Of a stretch of 32,000 bases of DNA, positions 10,030 to 20,096 are shown one piece after another. The notes beneath the pieces are model-generated. The model had not been told where the DNA came from. It did no database searches and was given only the letters and a program-made list of their open reading frames with translations. The number at the start of each line of letters is the position of its first letter. Position 1 is the first letter of the stretch. The DNA is from Wallemia ichthyophaga EXF-994. Its lineage: Eukaryota; Fungi; Basidiomycota. A program made the position numbers and the translations under genes. The DNA lies in NCBI RefSeq assembly GCF_000400465.1, contig NW_008806285.1, positions 120,001 through 152,000 of the forward strand, read 5' to 3'.

Positions 10030-11696
10030 ATCTTACAACAACTGGACTGTTTTGATCATGGGCTCAGGGTAATACAAACTGCTCGATAATGATGCGAATG
10101 GTTTTGACAAGCAAAGAGGTACGTTTCAATCCTTCTCGACTTTTTCGGCGGGGGCGATCTTCCACATTGTCCCTCATTTCAGTCTGTCTCTTTGATTGAC
10201 GCTTAATTATAATGGCTTATGGCTTGTTTGCCACTGTAGGAGCTACGCTGGCCTTTTTTTTCTTCTGGCGACTTTTCAGCAAGTTCCGCCGGCTCGCTGA
10301 GAAATGACAATACAGTTTCTTGAGAAGGTACAGCAGGCAGACTCGTGGCTCCTTTGACATATACAGTACCTATATCAGCAAAGTCGCTTTCGAATAGATC
10401 GTCTCAGATGAAAGGCCTCTATATTGATTCAGGTAGCTCCTTTTGGTTGAGATTCTCGAGTTTGAGCAACTTCCTCATGCTGTGGAGTTTGCTTGACTCG
10501 AAATAGCTGTTTCGATATGCGGATGTTGGATTCCATGGCGGAGACTGTCGCATTTGAGAATTCTCTCTTGCTTAAATTGGCTCCTATTTTGCAGTGTCTA
10601 TGTCGATATATGAACAGTTAAGTCATCCATACTAGAAGCCAATGGCACAGCACTTCTATTCATCAATGAGGGTGATAGTTTGCTGTAGTATTCTTCGCAT
10701 TGCTAAATGAAGACCGTCTTTCACTGACCTCGCTAGATTTATCTCGACATAAGGAGACTGTCTCAGTTTTATTTATACCATTCCTTTGTAGCAATGAACC
10801 TGTATGTTCATTTTGCCTATGCGTCGCTGCTGTTGATACGATAAGATCCCAGAAAACGTAACAACTTTACTACTAGAGTGATCATCTGGCCCAACAGGAG
10901 TGGATTGGTTCATAAATTCACTGATAGATGCGAAAGTTCGATTGACATTTGGTGGAGTAGAGGGCAATCCACTTTCTTATTACCTATCAGAAAACCTTCT
11001 TGAGGCACGTTTCACGGTTGTTGGTGCTTCATCGCTTTTAGAATTGCTGGCTTGGCTTGTCTCAGGTCTCTTTGATGGTGGCGAATATTTAGTTTTCGTG
11101 TATCAAAGTGAGTCGGCAGGATATTTTGCGTTTTATAAATTGCTCATGTCGCTTTTGTCGGCTATCTACGTTAGTGATCTAGTATGTCTTGAAGGCGATC
11201 GTTCAGCTCCTTTCTTTTTACGAGTCAATTGAATTCCTACAATTTTCGGTCAACTTTATTTCTTCTCTAGGTATCGATGTTTCAGCTTCGTTGTTATTAG
11301 AGTTGACTGATTTATTTTGGATTGCGCGATGGGCCGATGGTCCTATTTCGATGTTTGAGATGTTGCTATTTCTTACACAGCTCGACGGTGGAGTTATTTA
11401 GCCCCTGCGCTGTGGTGTATCATTTCTGTTCTTCGACGATGAACATTCGTCGTTCCTTGTCAATGATGTGTCGCATTTTCGTCAGTCGTTGAGAGGCTAT
11501 ACCGAAATGTAAACTCGTTTGTATTGATAGCTATATTCTGGATAGACGAAATCACGCCACTGACATCCGAAAAAGCGACATCTTGCTCGTCCTTGTCAAG
11601 CGTAAGATTTTCGACCTTAATTGTCTGTGGTTGAAACATGATTTTCGTCCTCGACGGGTGAGTGATTATTAATTTTGTTCTGGGCGCTATCAACAT
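10030..11696 (-). pseudogene. Cryptic or degenerate protein-coding region (unknown Ser/Thr/Pro/Lys-rich protein)
   Basis: Coding-like segments (MFQPQTIKVENLTLDKDEQDVAFSDV..; YTKTKYSPPSKRPETSQASNSKSDEAPTTVKRASRRFSD; DDLFESDFADIGTVYVKGATSLPAVPSQETVLSFLSEPAELAEKSPEE) are separated by in-frame stops and apparent frame changes that I cannot fully splice out. Hand count for 10261-10440: G at codon position 1 in 23/60 codons versus position 2 in 7/60. Confidence 0.45.
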
Positions 11697-11932
11697 TGAG
11701 ATTGATCAGCTAAATGCACTATCAGGCGCCCTTTCATCTTTCCCAGGACTAGCCTAGCGTTTTAATTCCGTGGAGAAAGCGAGCAATCCTTGATAAAAAG
11801 TACAATGTGAATCTCACGGGAATAATTACAAGATAGAGTTTGTTTAGCTTATTATTTGATTTAATGCTTGCCTTGTTTGTGTTTTCACCTTTTTTTGTTT
11901 CATTTCTAATTGAAGAGGTGACACGACAAGCC

Positions 11933-12897
11933 TTATGGCTTGCGGTAATCAAGAAGTGTAGCATAGATATTGTTGAATGCTGTGTAGATCTCTTCACGAA
12001 CCTTCATGACTTATTAGTATGAGAGCGATGCAAAGATTAGTACACTCACTTTTGCACCTGTTAGGACAATCTTTCCTGAAACGAAAATCAAGAGGACTAC
12101 TTTTGGTTTGACCATTCTGTAGATTAGACCAGGGAACAATTCAGGCTCGTATGAACTGAAATGACCGTGTGTATATGCAAGTCCTTCCAAACGAATTGGG
12201 AACTTGACATCACAAGAACCGACTATGTTCTTTAATTCATTTAGTATAATACTTCCAAATGACCCAATAAACTCACCTGAATCTTAAACTCAGAAAACTT
12301 TGCATCAAATCCGAGCTTCTGGATGATACGAGCGTACTTTCTTGACGCAAGCTTGGAATCGTCTTCGGACTTTGCACCGGTAACTACCATTTTACCAGAT
12401 GCGAAAATCAGCGCTGTTGTCTTTGGATCTCTTATTCTCATTATGACAGCAGCGAAACGCTACACAAAGTGTCAATTATTGTGTCAATGGTAACGTAATC
12501 ACCATCAACGGACCTTTGGATTGTACTCTGCGTTACGAGCATGCAGAGCGATAGTCTTCAAATCGAGCCTACAATCCAAGTTGACGGTTGCAACAATGTT
12601 CCTACCAAGTGTTAACTTTGATACAGTAAAAAGTAAACCGCACTCACTGAAGCGTAGGGACAATGTTCTGAGCGTGTGCTGCGAGGAGCGTTAAACAGTG
12701 GCCGCTGTGCACTAAGCAGCCGACGCACTCATACCAGTGTCAGCATGGCTAGGTGTTTGTACTGCTTGTGGTGTTGGTGGAACACCGTATGCTTGAGGAG
12801 TTATCGCTGGCTGTGGACGTTGAACTGGAGCTGATGGTGGCGGCATCGAGTCAGAGGCCTTTGAGGCTTGGTCTGGCAATTTCAATGTAGTGTTCAT
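11933..12897 (-). CDS. SPT15: TATA-binding protein (TBP)
   Basis: The spliced core NIVPTLQ|[29 protein letters not shown]|[55 protein letters not shown]|[52 protein letters not shown]|VREEIY is near-invariant TBP. TAA at 11933-11935. Confidence 0.98.
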
Positions 12898-13540
12898 ATT
12901 GTAATTCGAAATTAGCTTTGAGTTCCTTTATACCAACAGCAGCAGCGTCCTCTAACACTTGCTCACCAGATGGACGTAAGGAATCAAAAAGCTGTGCCAG
13001 CACATTGCTTATATACCAAATTTGAAAATCTCCATAAGAGGCCCGGAGTACTAATCAATTAGGCCTGCATATTTCTAGGCACTGTTCGTAGCTCACATAT
13101 GGACTTTCAGAGCTCTAGCTTTCTTATCCGGCGTGCTGGAGGTGGTGTGCTGATGGTTGAAGAGAGCCATACAGTCGAAGAATGAGCAAACCAGTCCAAT
13201 AAGATGCGGTGAGCCTTATACAAGGTCACTGGTAATCCTGTGGCAAATTCATCACTATTCGGACGAGTCATCAACGTTGCTTGACCAGGTTGGAGCGGGA
13301 GGATTCTGAAATTGCTTTAGGTCTATTGCATCCTATTATTATCTCTTGCTGTGCTCACTTCCACAACTCTCTTCAATTGGCATACTCGCCATTACAGATG
13401 CTTCAACCCACTCTCTTTTAGAAGATATCGCTTTTAAAGGGCACTATATCTTTAAACAAACCAAGAAGCTAATATTACATCTGAAATGGTTATACAAAAT
13501 GTTGTGTCAATGCAAGGTTATGTTGCGAAATCGCATGCGT

Positions 13541-15102
13541 CTAGCGTATAAGTTTGGTGAGGTTGAAAGCTGAGTCCCGTTTGAGTTTCTTGCTCCTGTC
13601 AGCCTGCTGTTCTGGGAACAGCTTCCATATCCTTATAGTCTCGTCAGCACTGCCAGTGGCGACAGTAGTCCTATCAGCCGAAACACCCATGTGGATAGGC
13701 CGGCAGATATGTCCGCCAATAGCAGTCACTTGAGACATGGACGGGTATTTCCATATGCATAGCTGATTCATTGGTGCAATCGAGCTGTATCCAGACGTCG
13801 ACAAGAGTTCTTGGGTGTTCTGCGAAAACCATAGGTTGCAGACTTGGCTGCCGGTATCCCAGTCTCCCACTGGTTTCCTATCGCTTTTTAAGATATCCCT
13901 AAACACGATTCGGCGGTCGTTTGTACCTCCTCCTGAAGCCAGAATGCCGCGGTGGTGGGGATTGAATGCTAGCGCGGTGACTGCAGCTTCGTGGTCATAG
14001 TAGCGATTCAAAAACCTGTCCTGGCTCCGCGTATCCCACAAGTACAGCTTGTTGTCGTTCCCACCACTAGCGAGCATATTGGTAGCAGGGTCGTATGTCA
14101 AGCTCGTTATTTCTCCATTGTGTCGCTTGATGCAGGATTGGGTGGGTGTGCGCAGATCTCTGACCAACATTGATCGATCGCGCGAGCCAGATGCAAGAGT
14201 CATATGTGAAGCCCATGCCAGAGTTCCCACCCGCATGTCGTGGCCTCGTAACGTGCGCACCAGCCTGGTTGTCGTTGATGCATCCCATATCTGTACAAGG
14301 CCATCGTAACGCCCTACAGCGAGCAGTGTACCGCCCTCGATCCATTGAAGACTCGTGACAACTACATCATGGGTGTAGCTTGATGGGTCGCTCAAAGTGA
14401 AAACCTGGCTGCTGTGTGCAATCCATATAAATACGCGCGCTCCTAGTGCCACAGCGAGCATATTATGTGAGGACCAGCTCAGCAGATTCGTGTATTGGTC
14501 ATCGACCATGCCTGGGGCGTCGAGTACTTTCCAAGGCACTTTAGGAATTCTACGAGAGAGGCTTCTGTTGCGCTTCAAAATCCTTTCTGTGTTGCCTTTG
14601 ATGGGTAGTTGATTGTAGCAGTCGTGAGCCACGCTGTCGAGGGTAACTATGTTTGAAGGTCTACTGGAGTTCAACGCAGCTACAGCGGACGAGCTGGATG
14701 GCATAAACTGGAGCACTTTTGACCGTGGAGTCATTAATATAGGGGAATCATGAGAACCTGTCAGGGAGGATCTCCTTGTGGATGGTATCGTGTTTTCGTC
14801 ATTGAGCAGCTCGTTGCTAAGTAGGCTGGAAAAGCTTTTGTCGGCCTCCACCTTTGCGGCATCGATGTCGCCACCAGCAAATCCAATCAATTTAGGCTGC
14901 GGAGACGGATATTGCAGCAGAGAAGACGAAAAGGGTTTGAGCAAGGAATTGTAAGATGATTTTGAGTTGCTGTCATCAAGGTTATATGACATCTTACTCA
15001 GTGGGGACCTCGAGGGTATGAATCTAGTGGAAATTAGCGTGGTGATGGCTGTAATAGCGAAGCTCACCGATCTGATTTCCTAGATCTTTTAGGCGTCGTC
15101 AT
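13541..15102 (-). CDS. Fizzy/Cdc20/Cdh1-family APC/C co-activator (WD40), Cdh1-like but divergent
   Basis: MTTPKRSRKSDR|FIPSR contains the C-box (DRFIP) split by an intron. It also has KVLDAPG, WD40 repeats (SGSRDR, ASGGNDN, ASGGGTND, DTGSQVCNL) and a C-terminal IR tail (KLIR*). Confidence 0.93.
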
Positions 15103-15532
15103 TGGGTGTTGTAATGTCTTGATGCTGAGGTACGGATCGAAGGAATGGAGCGAATGATCCACAGCAGGTTATTCGCGGAAAGTGGGGAATGAAGGGCATT
15201 CTTAGTGAGCGGCATTTATAAATCATGTGCTTATAAGAAACCTTTTCCGGATCACACAAAGTTGTTCCACGGAGCGGATGTAATCATAAACATTGTATGT
15301 CTGTCCCTGTTACACGAGCGGGAAAGAAGACCCTATTGCACAAATTGTGCTATAAAGTCAATATAAAATCAATTTTGTAAGTTTTTTAAGCTCCAAATTA
15401 CGTTCAGATCTGGAAATCTATCGCTCGTCGTCGAAGGTATTGCATCATAGTGGTTTTGGAGTACCCAGAGAAGGTTTTTTTAAGACGAGGAACGACACCC
15501 TCCTTCTTTACAAACTACCAAGACTAAACAAT

Positions 15533-15915
15533 ATGACTGGAGGTATGAGCAAAGTAAGCATGAGCATCACCAGCTTTGTTCGTCGCCTAACATATTCGTT
15601 TAGGTAGACCAACAATGGGGCAAGACCGACAACCAATTGCCAGACCACTCCCACAGACAACCAGGTGCTCCATACGAGACCGGTCAAACCCACTCCCACA
15701 AGACTGGTGACTCCCACGACCAACAATCTATTGCCAACAAGCTCGCCGGTACTTCCCACTTAGAGAAGGAAGAGCGCAAGGCTGAGAAGGAGGGCGGTAA
15801 GCCACCAACCGCTCCAGCCGTTTGGCACGGCAACGAGCCATCAAAGGGTGCTAAGGTCGACGAGGACCTCGGCAAGGAAGACGAGAAGGTCTTGCACAAG
15901 AAGGGTCTTGCCTAA
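15533..15915 (+). CDS. Small (about 105 aa) Gly/His/charged hydrophilic protein, hydrophilin-like
   Basis: ATG 15533 (MTG|DQQWGKTDNQLPDHSH..) with an intron GTATGA..CTAAC..GTAG; ends HGNEPSKGAKVDEDLGKEDEKVLHKKGLA*. About 11% Gly, no Cys and very few hydrophobic residues. Confidence 0.8.
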
Positions 15916-15999
15916 ACGACTTCACGATGTTAATGTTTGCATGTATACGATAATTTGCTAAATTTGATTGCATAGTTGATTTAATCTGGAGTTCTGTGT

Positions 16000-17450
16000 A
16001 CTGAGTGAGCGCTATGATTGCACTATGGATAAATCGTTTGGACAGATTATAGAATTCTCCTGATTTTCATAAACTCGTAAAGGTCTACCACCTCAAGACC
16101 AGGGACGTAGGTCACAACACTGTGATGAGGTCAAACTTGAGCGATGGTGATATTTCTGTAAAGCAACTGGTTTACGAAAAAGTCTTTGGTTTGTTTGCAA
16201 TTATCAGTCTTTAGTTGCGCTGTACAGTTGTTCAACTTGATTTGATATGTTGCAAGGGGAGCAATTTAGCGTCTTGAAAATCGAAGTTTTTACCGTACTT
16301 CCTTCTAAGATTCCAACGCCGCCTCAAACGCTTTCACATCCTCATTATTTGAAATCTCGAAATCCACTGACCGGAAGCCAACCCCGCGATTTGTGTTTTA
16401 ACGCCCTCCGCTTTTCTATACCTAAATCTCTTCCTCCGATTGTAAAGTGAGGCGGAACGGCAATAATGTTCCCCTGGAGCCAGGTTTGACAGCTGTAAAC
16501 GCCATGAGACGTAAAATGTTTTCTGCGATTATAGAGCTGAATAATGAAGATTTTTGGTGCTTGTCGTTTCTAGAAGACAAAATAAAATGTTTTTGTCCAC
16601 GAAGAGCGCGAAATTATCCGTATCTAACCTGTAGCGTGCTCCAGAGCGATTTTAGACCATTGCTTCCGATCAGCGTGCAAGGCGCTTTTTGGAGCGCCAG
16701 GATAACTATAGCAAAATCATGTTCTTTCTAGTCAAAGACTAATCAAACTATTTTATTTAGAGATCATCAAAAGTCGTAAATCACCATCTGAGACGAGATA
16801 GGTGATGATCGAGAAATCCAACTCGGTGGGTATTGAGCGTGGGGTTGATATGGGGATGTATTTGGAATGCTGCAAATGGTATGGAACTGATGTATTTGGC
16901 AAATGGTTCAAAAGCACAGAATATCTTATCTCTGCATTCGACTTCTCACTTTCTAGGTCATTTGCAGGGTAGCTTGAGCATATTCAATTCAATAAACTGA
17001 ATTCTACTATTTTAAGCATATGAAAGTACTAAAGGAACTATTCAAAGCGCCCTGTGATTCCACAAACACAACTGGAAGTTATCTGATATAAATCCGAGTC
17101 ACTGTATTCATCTAATGTGCAAAAGAATATCGAATTGGGTGATTTCGGGATTCAGCGAGGATTACATGTGTATCAAATCTACATGCTGACCACCTTTGTT
17201 TATCATGCGCGGCTGAGCGGAAGAGAGAAGACTAGTGCTTAAAAGACACCGGTGTATCTGGCAACTTGCAGTACGAAACCAAAGTAATTTCCATGGTTTC
17301 GGCTGAGATTCTCGTGGTATTGATGTCTTTGAGGCTGCAATGTGCGCTAGTTTTAGTGATAGTATCTACGCTCGGGAGTATTGACGATATCGGGGTAGAG
17401 ATGATAACAGGACAGGGTCAAGAGCTCAATTACCCATAAGCATTTTAAAT
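16000..17450 (-). pseudogene. Cryptic coding-like region (intron-rich gene or pseudogene; product unknown)
   Basis: An unusually long 1.6-kb gap for this genome. One minus-strand frame at 16201-16380 has coding-type bias (G1 18/60 versus G2 7/60) but three stops. Two candidate GT-AG introns (16570-16628, 16367-16421) have no canonical branch point. Confidence 0.3.
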
Positions 17451-17527
17451 TCATGTTAAATCACAACTCGAATACTTTGAAAAACTGTTATCGCTTCGTA
17501 GATCAAAACATCCATCTCCATATACCA

Positions 17528-19923
17528 AGTAGGTCTGAGAAGACCAGCAGAAACAACCTTTAACGTATATTAGTGGATGACGGATTACTCCTCAACTTTA
17601 CCAGCGGCGGTTCTCGTCAAGATCGTAGCAAAAAAGGTGGTAGATGGACAGATAGGTGAGCCTCATCTGCAATGCTTGGACACAGGCGCTTAACTTAAAC
17701 CGCAGAGCATCGGCTAAGCAGACAATGAAGCGCAATCAGCGCTACAGTGCAAAGCAGCAGAAAGCTAGCCAGCCAACCCAACCACAGCAACAGCTAGAAC
17801 CACAGGCAGCCCAGTCTGATCCACCGGCTAAAAAGCAGAAAGGCATTAACAATGATGCCCACGGTGAACAATCCAATCAACCAAGCCAAAACAACCAAAA
17901 GAAGCACGTTGTTTCATCTCTTTTCACTTTCAATCCAAAGGTAGAGGAAGAGCAGCAACAAATAAACTCAAAATCACTTGAACACCCCCAGCAGCAGCCT
18001 TCCAATGCGCCACTTGCATCGACGAGTACTTTTGAAGGTGCCAAACTGCACCCGCTTCTCATTCAACATCTTCGCGATAAACTCGAGATCAAAGCACCCA
18101 CTCCAATACAGAAACTGGCATTGCCGACACTTCTGCAACCTTCTGTTGATGAGAACAATGTACTGGCATCCAGAGATGTCTTTATACAATCTCAAACTGG
18201 ATCTGGTAAAACGCTCGCTTATCTGTTACCAATCATACAAGATTTGCTGCCAATGGGTGAGCTATCATTCATTGATAGAAGCATCGGTACACTGGCTATC
18301 ATATTGGCACCTACTCGTGAACTGGCTAGACAAATCTTCGATGTTCTTGAAAATCTCCTTCAATTGAGTTTGACATTAAGAGGTGTCCCAGAAGAAGAGC
18401 AGCAGAGATTGACTAGGTGGCTTGTAGGTGGTCTGCTGACTGGTGGTTCTACTCGTACGCACGAAAAAGCTAGACTGAGGAAGGGATGCCCTATTATTGT
18501 CTCTACGCCGGGTAGGCTTCTCGACCACTTGCAGAACACAACCTCATTCAACGCATCCAAATGTCGTTGGTTGGTTCTTGATGAAGCTGATAGATTGATG
18601 GATCTGGGCTTCGAGGAAACCATTACTGGTATTATTAAGGGACTCGAGGGTCGTCGCAAGCTTACAAAGAAAGCCGTCGAGGAAGGCAATCTCTCTGAGG
18701 TTGGTGGTTGGAATTTTGATTACAGACGGCGAAACATACTCTGTTCAGCGACGATCAGAGAGGATATACAATCATTTGCTAGTCAACAGCTGCTCAATCC
18801 AGTAGTGCTTAAGGAGAGCGACATCAAGAAGGAAGCTGACGGTGAAACAGCCACGACGAATGATGAGGCAACCAAGTTCACTCCACCAGCGCAATTAACT
18901 CAAAAGTACGTGCAAGTACCACTCAAACTCCGTTTAGTTGCTTTGCTGGCGTTGTTGCGATCACTTCTTACGTCGAAAGACAACGAGCAAGGTAACAGGA
19001 TCATAACGTTCTTCAGTTGTACAGACTCAGTCGACCTCCACTTCCAGTTGTTCGGTGGGGTATCTATGGACGATGCGGGTAGGAGAAATGTAGATGATAG
19101 ATTGAGCGTGACGTGTCCAATCCTGCCAAACACAAAAATTTACAGACTCCATGGTTCGATGTCATTGCAGAATCGTTTGAACACAGTCAAGGAATTCACC
19201 GACAAGAAATCCCAGCAACCAGCTATCATGTTCTGTACATCGGTCGCATCTAGAGGTTTGGATATGCCCTTAGTCCGAGCAGTTGTGCAGGTAGATCTTC
19301 CAACGGAGGGCGGAGCAAACGAGTACGTCCACAGAGTCGGTAGAACAGCCAGAGCAGGTAAAGGTGGTGAGGCGTGGTCATTTGTAGCTCCATCGGAGAT
19401 AGGTTGGGTAGAGTGGTTGACAAACCAATTGGACCCTGACCACAAGTCCATCAAACTGAACAGCGTATCTGTTGATAATGTACTCAAGCGTGGTTACGGT
19501 GGACAAGGAAATGAGTTTGAAAGTAGAGCTACAGATGTACAGACGTCTCTTGAAAGATGGGTGATTGCGTCACCAGAGAACTCTCAACTGGCTAGAAAAG
19601 CTTATCTGTCACATATAAGAGCATATGCTACACATCCACTCGATGAGCGCAAGTTCTTCCATGTCAAGCTTCTTCATCTTGGTCACTTAGCTAAGGCTTT
19701 CGCTTTGCGTGAAACACCAACGACTGCGAGCACAACTAAAGGTGATGTGGCTCAGACCAAGGACAACCAGAAACAACAGACCATCGAACAGAGAATGCAA
19801 GATTCTGTTAGGAGGATTGGTAAAAACACAAAGCGAGATGGCGAATTCGCAAACAATGACACGAGTGAATTCCAAACTTCGATATCAGGATATGACATGA
19901 AGCCAAGCAAAAGGAAGCGTTAA
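17528..19923 (+). CDS. DBP7: DEAD-box RNA helicase Dbp7 (60S biogenesis)
   Basis: Motifs SQTGSGKT, PTREL, TPGRLLDHL, DEAD, SAT and HRVGRTAR. The spliced N-terminus (M)DDGLLLNF..KGGRWTDR|ASAK resembles Dbp7 N-termini. The start is probably A|TG split by intron 17529-17573. Confidence 0.93.
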
Positions 19924-20096
19924 TTGTAATTGATTAATTTATTATTCATATAGAAATACTCATCTAAAAAAAAAAAGAAAGTAAATGTTGAATTACAATG
20001 CTGCGAAATGATATATTTATTATGCAATGCTAAGTTGGTGCTGAATATTTGGAGTGATGTTTTCGGCTTTTGTAGCGTTTACGTGGTGTACATGGT

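Noticed and set aside
11749-11997. 82-aa minus-strand ORF after TBP
   Set aside because: It is an alternative frame of the last TBP exon running into AT-rich 3' UTR.
16802-16890. Box C/D snoRNA (GTGATGA..CTGA, about 90 nt)
   Set aside because: No convincing terminal stem, and I could not match the guide segments to any rRNA sequence I recall. An Infernal or snoscan search would be needed.
17560-17670. Minus-strand frame MRLTYLSIYHLFCYDLDENRRW.. as the start of the cryptic gene
   Set aside because: It lies antisense to DBP7 exon 2 and the adjacent intron, which already explain the sequence.
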